A stretch of DNA of 64,000 bases from the human T2T-CHM13v2.0 reference genome, Homo sapiens. Positions 39,901-51,980 of this stretch are shown here, in pieces. The translations under genes were made by a program, and so were the position numbers. The stretch's first letter is position 1. Each line of letters opens with the position of its first letter. Where the stretch lies: assembly GCF_009914755.1 (NCBI RefSeq), contig NC_060928.1, one strand, 5' to 3'. The notes below the pieces were generated by a model that worked only from the letters and a program-made list of their open reading frames with translations, searched no databases and was not told the origin of the DNA.

Positions 39901-42900
39901 GCATTCTCAGAAACTTATTTGTGATGTGTGTCCTCAACTAACAGAGTTGAACCTTCGTTTTGATACAGCATTTTGGAAACACTCCTTTTGTAGAATCTGC
40001 AGGTGGATATTTGGATAGCTTTGAAGATTTCGTTGGAAACCGGAATATCTTCATATAAAATCAAGACAGAAGCATTCTCGGAAACAGCTCTGTGATGTTT
40101 GCATTCAACTCAGTAGAGTTGAACACTTCCTTTCATAGAGCAGGTTTGAAACACTCTTTCTGCACTACCTGGAAGCGGACATTTCGAGCGCTTTGAGGCC
40201 TATGGTGAAAAAGGAAATATCTTCTCATAAAAACCAGAAAGAAGCATTCTCAGAAACTTCTTTGTGTTGTGTGTACTCAAGTAACAGTGTTGAACCTTCC
40301 TTTTGACAGAGCAGTTTTGAAACACTCTTTTGGTAGAATCTGCAAGTGGATATTTGGATAGCTTTGAGGATTTCGTTGGAAACGGGTTATCTTCATATAA
40401 AATCCAGACAGGAGCATTCTCAGAAACTTCTTTGTGCTGTATGTCCTCAATTCACAGAGCTGAACCTTTGTTTGGATACAGCATTTTGGAGACATTCCTT
40501 TAGTAGAATCTGCAAGTTGATATTTAGATAGCTTTGAAGATTTCGTTGGAAACGGGAATATCTTCATAGAAAATCTAGACGGAAGCATTCTCAGAAACTG
40601 CTTTGTGATGTTTGCATTCAAGTCACAGAGTTGAATATTCCCTTTTATAGAGTAGGTTTGAAACACTCTTTCGGCACTACCTGGAAGTGGATATTTCGAG
40701 CTCTTTGAGGCCTATGGTTAAAAGGAAATATCTTCCCATAAAAACTAGACAGAAGCCGTCTCAGAAACTTGTTTGTGATGTGTGTATTCAACTAACAGAG
40801 TTGAACATTTCTGTTACAGAGCAATTTTAAAACACTCTTTTTGTGGAATCTGAAAGTGGATAATTGGATAGCTTTGTGGATTTCGTTGGAAACGGGATGA
40901 CGTATAAAATCTAGAGAGAAGCATTCTCAGGAACTTCTTTCTGATGTTTGCATTCAAGTCACAGAATTGAACATTCCTTTTCATAGTGCAGGTTTGAAAC
41001 ACTCTTTCTGTAGTATCTGGAAGTGGACATTTCAAGCGCTTTCAGGCCTACGGGGAGAAAGGAAATATCTTCAAATAAAAACTAGACAGAAGGATTCTCA
41101 GAAACTTATTTGTGATGTGTGTCCTAAACGAACACAGTTGAACCTTTGTTTTGATACAGCATTTTGGAAACACTCCTTTTGTAGGATCTGCAGGTGGATA
41201 TTTGGATAGATTTTAAGATTTCGTTGGAAACGGGAATTTCTTCATAGAAACTCAAGACAGATGCATTCTCCGAAACTTCTCTGTGATGTTTGCATTCCAC
41301 TCATAGAGTTGAAAACTTCCTTTCATAGAGCAGGTTTGAAACACTCTTTTTGTAATATTTGGAAGTGGACATTTGCAGCGCTTTGAGGCCTATGGTGAAA
41401 AAGGAAATATCTTCTCATAAAAACCAGAAACAAGCATTCTCAGAAACTTCTTTTTGATGTGTGTACTCAAGTAACAGAGTTGAACCTTCCTTTTGACACA
41501 GCAGTTTTGAAACAATCTTTTTGTAGAATCTGCAAGTGGATATTTGGATAGCTTTGAGGATTTCGTTGGAAACGGGATATCTTCATATAAAATCTAGACA
41601 GAAGCATTCTCAGAAACTTCTTTGTGCTGTATGTCCTCAATTAACAGAGTTGAACCATTGCTTGGATACAGCATTTTGGAAACATTCCTTTAGTAGAATC
41701 TGCAAGTTGATATTTAGATAGATTTGAAGATTTCGTTGGAAAAGGGAATATCTCCATAGAAAATCTAGAGGGAAGCATTCTCAGAAACTGCTTTGTGATG
41801 TTTCCATTCAAGTCACAGAGTTGAATATTCCCTTTTATAGAGCACGTTTGAAACACTCTTTCTGCACTATCTGGAAGTGGACATTTCGAGCGCTTTGAGG
41901 CCTATGGTGAAAAAGGAAATATCTTCCCACAAAAACTAGACAGAAGCATTCTCAGAAACTTGTTTGTGATGTGTGTATTCAACTAACGGAGTTGAACTTT
42001 TGTTTTTACAGAGCCGTTTTAAAACACTCTTTTTGTGGAATCAGAAAGTGGATATTCGGATGGCTCTGAGGATTTCGTTGGAAGCGGGATTACATATAAA
42101 ATCTAGAGAGAAGCATTCTCAGGAACTTCTTTGTGATGTTTGCATTGAAGTCACAGAATTGAACATTCACTTTGATAGAGCAGGTTTGAAACACTCATTC
42201 TGTAGTATCTGGAAGTGGACATTTCAAGCGCTTTCAGGCCTATGGTGAGAAAGGAAATATCTTCGAATAAAAACTAGACAGAAGCATCCTCAGAAACTTA
42301 TTTGTGATGTGTGTCCTCAACTAACAGAGTTGAAACTTTGTTTTGATACAGCATTTTGGAAACACTCTTTTTGTAGAATCTGCAGGTGGATATTTGGATA
42401 GCTTAGAGGGATTCGTTGGAAAGGGGATATCTTCATATAAAATCTAGACAGAAGCATTCTCAGAAACTTATTTGTGATGTGTGTCCTCAACTAACAGAGT
42501 TGAACCTTGGTTTCGATACAGCATTTTGGAAACACTCCTTTTGTAGAATCTGCAGGTGGATATGTGGATAGCTCTGAAGATTTCGTTGGAAACGGGAATT
42601 TCTTCATATAAAATCAAACAGAAGCATTCTCAGAAACTTCTCAGTGATGTTTGCATTCAGCTCATGGAGTTGAACACTTCCTTTCATAGAGCCGGTTTGA
42701 AACACTCTTTCTGCACTACCTGGAAGAGGACATTTCGAGCGCTTTGAGTCCTATGGTGAAAAAGGAAATATCTTCTCAAAAAAACCAGAAAGAAGCATTC
42801 TCAGAAACTTCTTTGTGTTGTGTGTACTCATGTAACAGTGTTGAACCATCCTTTTGACAGAGCAGTTTTGAAACACTCTTTTTGTAGAATCTGCAAGTGG

Positions 42901-45900
42901 GTATTTGGATAGCTTTGAGGATTTCGTTGGAAACGGGATGACATATAATATCTAGAGAGAAGCATTCTCAGGAACTTCTTTGTGATGTTTGCATTCAAGT
43001 CACAGAATTGAACATTCCCTTTCATAGAGCAGGTTTGAAACACTCTTTCTCTAGTATCTGGAAGTGGGCATTTCAAGCGCTTTCAGGCCTATGGAGAGAA
43101 AGGGAATACCTTCAAATAAAAACTAGACAGAAGCATTCTCAGAAACTTATTTGTGATGTGTGTCCTCAACTAACAGAGTTGAACCTTTGTTTTGATACAG
43201 CATTTTGGAAACACTCCTTTTGTAGAATCTGCAGGTGGATATTTGGATAGCTTTGAAGATTTCGTTGGAAACCGGAATATCTTCATATAAAATCAAGACA
43301 GAAGCATTCTCGGAAACAGCTCTGTGATGTTTGCATTCAACTCAGTAGAGTTGAACACTTCCTTTCATAGAGCAGGTTTGAAACACTCTTTCTGCACTAC
43401 CTGGAAGCGGACATTTCGAGCGCTTTGAGGCCTATGGTGAAAAAGGAAATATCTTCTCATAAAAACCAGAAAGAAGCATTCTCAGAAACTTCTTTGTGTT
43501 GTGTGTACTCAAGTAACAGTGTTGAACCTTCCTTTTGACACAGCAGTTTTGAAACACTCTTTTGGTAGAATCTGCAAGTGGATATTTGGATAGCTTTGAG
43601 GATTTCGTTGGAAACGGGTTATCTTCATATAAAATCCAGACAGGAGCATTCTCAGAAACTTCTTTGTGCTGTATGTCCTCAATTCACAGAGCTGAACCTT
43701 TGTTTGGATACAGCATTTTGGAGACATTCCTTTAGTAGAATCTGCAAGTTGATATTTAGATAGCTTTGAAGATTTCGTTGGAAACGGGAATATCTTCATA
43801 GAAAATCTAGAGGGAAGCATTCTCAGAAACTGCTTTGTGATGTTTGCATTCAAGTCACAGAGTTGAATATTCCCTTTTATAGAGTAGGTTTGAAACACTC
43901 TTTCGGCACTACCTGGAAGTGGATATTTCGAGCTCTTTGAGGCCTATGGTTAAAAGGAAATATCTTCCCATAAAAACTAGACAGAAGCCGTCTCAGAAAC
44001 TTGTTTGTGATGTGTGTATTCAACTAACAGAGTTGAACATTTCTGTTACAGAGCAATTTTAAAACACTCTTTTTGTGGAATCTGAAAGTGGATAATTGGA
44101 TAGCTTTGTGGATTTCGTTGGAAACGGGATGACGTATAAAATCTAGAGAGAAGCATTCTCAGGAACTTCTTTCTGATGTTTGCATTCAAGTCACAGAATT
44201 GAACATTCCTTTTCATAGTGCAGGTTTGAAACACTCTTTCTGTAGTATCTGGAAGTGGACATTTCAAGCGCTTTCAGACCTACGGGGAGAAAGGAAATAT
44301 CTTCAAATATAAACTAGACAGAAGGATTCTCAGAAACTTATTTGTGATGTGTGTCCTAAACGAACACAGTTGAACCTTTGTTTTGATACAGCATTTTGGA
44401 AACACTCCTTTTGTAGGATCTGCAGGTGGATATTTGGATAGATTTTAAGATTTCGTTGGAAACGGGAGTTTCTTCATAGAAACTCAAGACAGATGCATTC
44501 TCAGAAACATCTCTGTGATGTTTGCATTCCACTCATAGAGTTGAAAACTTCCTTTCATAGAGCAGGTTTGAAACACTCTTTTTGTAATATTTGGATGTGG
44601 ACATTTGCAGCGCTTTGAGGCCTATGGTGAAAAAGGAAATATCTTCTCATAAAAACCAGAAACAAGCATTCTCAGAAACTTCTTTTTGATGTGTGTACTC
44701 AAGTAACAGAGTTGAACCTTCCTTTTGACACAGCAGTTTTGAAACAATCTTTTTGTAGAATCTGCAAGTGGATATTTGGATAGCTTTGAGGATTTCGTTG
44801 GAAACGGGATATCTTCATATAAAATCTAGACAGAAGCATTCTCAGAAACTTCTTTGTGCTGTATGTCCTCAATTAACAGAGTTGAACCATTGCTTGGATA
44901 CAGCATTTTGGAAACATTCCTTTAGTAGAATCTGCAAGTTGATATTTAGATAGATTTGAAGATTTCGTTGGAAAAGGGAATATCTCCATAGAAAATCTAG
45001 AGGGAAGCATTCTCAGAAACTGCTTTGTGATGTTTCCATTCAAGTCACAGAGTTGAATATTCCCTTTTATAGAGCACGTTTGAAACACTCTTTCTGCACT
45101 ATCTGGAAGTGGACATTTCGAGCGCTTTGAGGCCTATGGTGAAAAAGGAAATATCTTCCCACAAAAACTAGACAGAAGCATTCTCAGAAACTTGTTTGTG
45201 ATGTGTGTATTCAACTAACAGAGTTGAACTTTTGTTTTTACAGAGCCGTTTTAAAACACTCTTTTTGTGGAATCAGAAAGTGGATATTCGGATGGCTCTG
45301 AGGATTTCGTTGGAAGCGGGATTACATATAAAATCTAGAGAGAAGCATTCTCAGGAACTTCTTTGTGATGTTTGCATTGAAGTCACAGAATTGAACATTC
45401 ACTTTGATAGAGCAGGTTTGAAACACTCATTCTGTAGTATCTGGAAGTGGACATTTCAAGCGCTTTCAGGCCTATGGTGAGAAAGGAAATATCTTCGAAT
45501 AAAAACTAGACAGAAGCATCCTCAGAAACTTATTTGTGATGTGTGTCCTCAACTAACAGAGTTGAAACTTTGTTTTGATACAGCATTTTGGAAACACTCT
45601 TTTTGTAGAATCTGCAGGTGGATATTTGGATAGCTTAGAGGGATTCGTTGGAAAGGGGATATCTTCATATAAAATCTAGACAGAAGCATTCTCAGAAACT
45701 TATTTGTGATGTGTGTCCTCAACTAACAGAGTTGAACCTTGGTTTTGATACAGCATTTTGGAAACACTCCTTTTGTAGAATCTGCAGGTGGATATGTGGA
45801 TAGCTCTGAAGATTTCGTTGGAAACGGGAATTTCTTCATATAAAATCAAACAGAAGCATTCTCAGAAACTTCTCAGTGATGTTTGCATTCAGCTCATGGA

Positions 45901-48900
45901 GTTGAACACTTCCTTTCATAGAGCCGGTTTGAAACACTCTTTCTGCACTACCTGGAAGAGGACATTTCGAGCGCTTTGAGTCCTATGGTGAAAAAGGAAA
46001 TATCTTCTCATAAAAACCAGAAAGAAGCATTCTCAGAAACTTCTTTGTGTTGTGTGTACTCATGTAACAGTGTTGAACCATCCTTTTGACAGAGCAGTTT
46101 TGAAACACTCTTTTTGTAGAATCTGCAAGTGGATATTTGGATAGCTTTGAGAATTTCGTTGGAAACGGGATGACATATAATATCTAGAGAGAAGCATTCT
46201 CAGGAACTTCTTTGTGATGTTTGCATTCAAGTCACAGAATTGAACATTCCCTTTCATAGAGCAGGTTTGAAACACTCTTTCTCTAGTATCTGGAAGTGGG
46301 CATTTCAAGCGCTTTCAGGCCTATGGAGAGAAAGGGAATACCTTCAAATAAAAACTAGACAGAAGCATTCTCAGAAACTTATTTGTGATGTGTGTCCTCA
46401 ACTAACAGAGTTGAACCTTTGTTTTGATACAGCATTTTGGAAACACTCCTTTTGTAGAATCTGCAGGTGGATATTTGGATAGCTTTGAAGATTTCGTTGG
46501 AAACCGGAATATCTTCATATAAAATCAAGACAGAAGCATTCTCGGAAACAGCTCTGTGATGTTTGCATTCAACTCAGTAGAGTTGAACACTTCCTTTCAT
46601 AGAGCAGGTTTGAAACACTCTTTCTGCACTACCTGGAAGCGGACATTTCGAGCGCTTTGAGGCCTATGGTGAAAAAGGAAATATCTTCTCATAAAAACCA
46701 GAAAGAAGCATTCTCAGAAACTTCTTTGTGTTGTGTGTACTCAAGTAACAGTGTTGAACCTTCCTTTTGACACAGCAGTTTTGAAACACTCTTTTGGTAG
46801 AATCTGCAAGTGGATATTTGGATAGCTTTGAGGATTTCGTTGGAAACGGGTTATCTTCATATAAAATCCAGACAGGAGCATTCTCAGAAACTTCTTTGTG
46901 CTGTATGTCCTCAATTCACAGAGCTGAACCTTTGTTTGGATACAGCATTTTGGAGACATTCCTTTAGTAGAATCTGCCAGTTGATATTTAGATAGCTTTG
47001 AAGATTTCGTTGGAAACGGGAATATCTTCATAGAAAATCTAGACGGAAGCATTCTCAGAAACTGCTTTGTGATGTTTGCATTCAAGTCACAGAGTTGAAT
47101 ATTCCCTTTTATAGAGTAGGTTTGAAACACTCTTTCGGCACTACCTGGAAGTGGATATTTCGAGCTCTTTGAGGCCTATGGTTAAAAGGAAATATCTTCC
47201 CATAAAAACTAGACAGAAGCCGTCTCAGAAACTTGTTTGTGATGTGTGTATTCAACTACCAGAGTTGAACATTTCTGTTACAGAGCAATTTTAAAACACT
47301 CTTTTTGTGGAATCTGAAAGTGGATAATTGGATAGCTTTGTGGATTTCGTTGGAAACGGGATGACGTATAAAATCTAGAGAGAAGCATTCTCAGGAACTT
47401 CTTTCTGATGTTTGCATTCAAGTCACAGAATTGAACATTCCTTTTCATAGTGCAGGTTTGAAACACTCTTTCTGTAGTATCTGGAAGTGGACATTTCAAG
47501 CGCTTTCAGACCTACGGGGAGAAAGGAAATATCTTCAAATAAAAACTAGACAGAAGGATTCTCAGAAACTTATTTGTGATGTGTGTCCTAAACGAACACA
47601 GTTGAACCTTTGTTTTGATACAGCATTTTGGAAACACTCCTTTTGTAGGATCTGCAGGTGGATATTTGGATAGATTTTAAGATTTCGTTGGAAACGGGAG
47701 TTTCTTCATATAAACTCAAGACAGATGCATTCTCCGAAACTTCTCTGTGATGTTTGCATTCCACTCATAGAGTTGAAAACTTCCTTTCATAGAGCAGGTT
47801 TGAAACACCCTTTTTGTAATATTTGGAAGTGGACATTTGCAGCGCTTTGAGGCCTATGGTGAAAAAGGAAATATCTTCTCATAAAAACCAGAAACAAGCA
47901 TTCTCAGAAACTTCTTTTTGATGTGTGTACTCAAGTAACAGAGTTGAACCTTCCTTTTGACACAGCAGTTTTGAAACAATCTTTTTGTAGAATCTGCAAG
48001 TGGATATTTGGATAGCTTTGAGGATTTCGTTGGAAACGGGATATCTTCATATAAAATCTAGACAGAAGCATTCTCAGAAACTTCTTTGTGCTGTATGTCC
48101 TCAATTAACAGAGTTGAACCATTGCTTGGATACAGCATTTTGGAAACATTCCTTTAGTAGAATCTGCAAGTTGATATTTAGATAGATTTGAAGATTTCGT
48201 TGGAAAAGGGAATATCTCCATGGAAAATCTAGAGGGAAGCATTCTCAGAAACTGCTTTGTGATGTTTCCATTCAAGTCACAGAGTTGAATATTCCCTTTT
48301 ATAGAGCACGTTTGAAACACTCTTTCTGCACTATCTGGAAGTGGACATTTCGAGCGCTTTGAGGCCTATGGTGAAAAAGGAAATATCTTCCCATAAAAAC
48401 TAGACAGAAGCATTCTCAGAAACTTGTTTGTGATGTGTGTATTCAACTAACAGAGTTGAACTTTTGTTTTTACAGAGCCGTTTTAAAACACTCTTTTTGT
48501 GGAATCAGAAAGTGGATATTCGGATGGCTCTGAGGATTTCGTTGGAAGCGGGATTACATATAAAATCTAGAGAGAAGCATTCTCAGGAACTTCTTTGTGA
48601 TGTTTGCATTGAAGTCACAGAATTGAACATTCACTTTGATAGAGCAGGTTTGAAACACTCATTCTGTAGTATCTGGAAGTGGACATTTCAAGCGCTTTCA
48701 GGCCTATGGTGAGAAAGGAAATATCTTCGAATAAAAACTAGACAGAAGCATCCTCAGAAACTTATTTGTGATGTGTGTCCTCAACTAACAGTGTTGAAAC
48801 TTTGTTTTGATACAGCATTTTGGAAACACTCTTTTTGTAGAATCTGCAGGTGGATATTTGGATAGCTTAGAGGGATTCCTTGGAAAGGGGATATCTTCAT

Positions 48901-51900
48901 ATAAAATCTAGACAGAAGCATTCTCAGAAACTTATTTGTGATGTGTGTCCTCAACTAACAGAGTTGAACCTTGGTTTTGATACAGCATTTTGGAAACACT
49001 CCTTTTGTAGAATCTGCAGGTGGATATGTGGATAGCTCTGAAGATTTCGTTGGAAACGGGAATTTCTTCATATAAAATCAAACAGAAGCATTCTCAGAAA
49101 CTTCTCAGTGATGTTTGCATTCAGCTCATGGAGTTGAACACTTCCTTTCATAGAGCCGGTTTGAAACACTCTTTCTGCACTACCTGGAAGAGGACATTTC
49201 GAGCGCTTTGAGTCCTATGGTGAAAAAGGAAATATCTTCTCATGAAAACCAGAAAGAAGCATTCTCAGAAACTTCTTTGTGTTGTGTGTACTCATGTAAC
49301 AGTGTTGAACCATCCTTTTGACAGAGCAGTTTTGAAACACTCTTTTTGTAGAATCTGCAAGTGGATATTTGGATAGCTTTGAGGATTTCGTTGGAAACGG
49401 GATGACATATAATATCTAGAGAGAAGCATTCTCAGGAACTTCTTTGTGATGTTTGCATTCAAGTCACAGAATTGAATATTCCCTTTCATAGAGCAGGTTT
49501 GAAACACTCTTTCTCTAGTATCTGGAAGTGGGCATTTCAAGCGCTTTCAGGCCTATGGAGAGAAAGGAAATACCTTCAAATAAAAACTAGACAGAAGCAT
49601 TCTCAGAAATTTATTTGTGATGTGTGTCCTCAACTAACAGAGTTGAACCTTTGTTTTGATACAGCATTTTGGAAACACTCCTTTTGTAGAATCTGCAGGT
49701 GGATATTTGGATAGCTTTGAAGATTTCGTTGGAAACCGGAATATCTTCATATAAAATCAAGACAGAAGCATTCTTGGAAACATCTCTGTGATGTTTGCAT
49801 TCAACTCAGTAGAGTTGAACACTTCCTTTCATAGAGCAGGTTTGAAACACTCTTTCTGCACTACCTGGAAGCGGACATTTCGAGCGCTTTGAGGCCTATG
49901 GTGAAAAAGGAAATATCTTCTCATAAAAACCAGAAAGAAGCATTCTCAGAAACTTCTTTGTGTTGTGTGTACTCAAGTAACAGTGTTGAACCTTCCTTTT
50001 GACACAGCAGTTTTGAAACACTCTTTTGGTACAATCTGCAAGTGGATATTTGGATAGCTTTGAGGATTTCGTTGGAAACGGGTTATCTTCATATAAAATC
50101 CAGACAGGAGCATTCTCAGAAACTTCTTTGTGCTGTATGTCCTCAATTCACAGAGCTGAACCTTTGTTTGGATACAGCATTTTGGAGACATTCCTTTAGT
50201 AGAATCTGCAAGTTGATATTTAGATAGCTTTGAAGATTTCGTTGGAAACGGGAATATCTTCATAGAAAATCTAGACGGAAGCATTCTCAGAAACTGCTTT
50301 GTGATGTTTGCATTCAAGTCACAGAGTTGAATATTCCCTTTTATAGAGTAGGTTTGAAACACTCTTTCGGCACTACCTGGAAGTGGATATTTCGAGCTCT
50401 TTGAGGCCTATGGTTAAAAGGAAATATCTTCCCATAAAAACTAGACAGAAGCCGTCTCAGAAACTTGTTTGTGATGTGTGTATTCAACTACCAGAGTTGA
50501 ACATTTCTGTTACAGAGCAATTTTAAAACACTCTTTTTGTGGAATCTGAAAGTGGATAATTGGATAGCTTTGTGGATTTCGTTGGAAACGGGATGACGTA
50601 TAAAATCTAGAGAGAAGCATTCTCAGGAACTTCTTTCTGATGTTTGCATTCAAGTCACAGAATTGAACATTCCTTTTCATAGTGCAGGTTTGAAACACTC
50701 TTTCTGTAGTATCTGGAAGTGGACATTTCAAGCGCTTTCAGGCCTACGGGGAGAAAGGAAATATCTTCAAATAAAAACTAGACAGAAGGATTCTCAGAAA
50801 CTTATTTGTGATGTGTGTCCTAAACGAACACAGTTGAACCTTTGTTTTGATACAGCATTTTGGAAACACTCCTTTTGTAGGATCTGCAGGTGGATATTTG
50901 GATAGATTTTAAGATTTCGTTGGAAACGGGAGTTTCTTCATATAAACTCAAGACAGATGCATTCTCAGAAACTTCTCTGTGATGTTTGCTTTCCACTCAT
51001 AGAGTTGAAAACTTCCTTTCATAGAGCAGGTTTGAAACACTCTTTTTGTAATATTTGGAAGTGGACATTTGCAGCGCTTTGAGGCCTATGGTGAAAAAGG
51101 AAATATCTTCTCATAAAAACCAGAAACAAGCATTCTCAGAAACTTCTTTTTGATGTGTGTACTCAAGTAACAGAGTTGAACCTTCCTTTTGACACAGCAG
51201 TTTTGAAACAATCTTTTTGTAGAATCTGCAAGTGGATATTTGGATAGCTTTGAGGATTTCGTTGGAAACGGGATATCTTCATATAAAATCTAGACAGAAG
51301 CATTCTCAGAAACTTCTTTGTGCTGTATGTCCTCAATTAACAGAGTTGAACCATTGCTTGGATACAGCATTTTGGAAACATTCCTTGAGTAGAATCTGCA
51401 AGTTGATATTTAGATAGATTTGAAGATTTCGTTGGAAACGGGAATATCTCCATAGAAAATCTAGACGGAAGCATTCTCAGAAACAACTTTGTGATGTTTC
51501 CATTCAAGTCAGAGAGTTGAATATTCCCTTTTATAGAGCACGTTTGAAACACTCTTTCTGCACTATCTGGAAGTGGACATTTCGAGCGCTTTGAGGCCTA
51601 TGGTGAAAAAGGAAATATCTTCCCATAAAAACTAGACAGAAGCATTCTCAGAAACTTGTTTGTGATGTGTGTATTCAACTAACAGAGTTGAACTTTTGTT
51701 TTTACAGAGCCGTTTTAAAACACTCTTTTTGTGGAATCAGAAAGTGGATATTCGGATGGCTCTGAGGATTTCGTTGGAAGCGGGATTACATATAAAATCT
51801 AGAGAGAAGCATTCTCAGGAACTTCTTTGTGATGTTTGCATTGAAGTCACAGAATTGAACATTCGCTTTGATAGAGCAGGTTTGAAACACTCATTCTGTA

Positions 51901-51980
51901 GTATCTGGAAGTGGACATTTCAAGCGCTTTCAGGCCTATGGTGAGAAAGGAAATATCTTCGAATAAAAACTAGACAGAAG
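9965..51980 (+). repeat. HOR4-HOR16: thirteen consecutive canonical 19-mers of 3,232 bp (starts 9965, 13197, 16429, 19661, 22893, 26125, 29357, 32589, 35821, 39053, 42285, 45517, 48749)
   Basis: Marker ORFs and CATCCTCAG recur with an exact 3,232-bp period; the differences I see between copies are substitutions. Confidence 0.93.
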
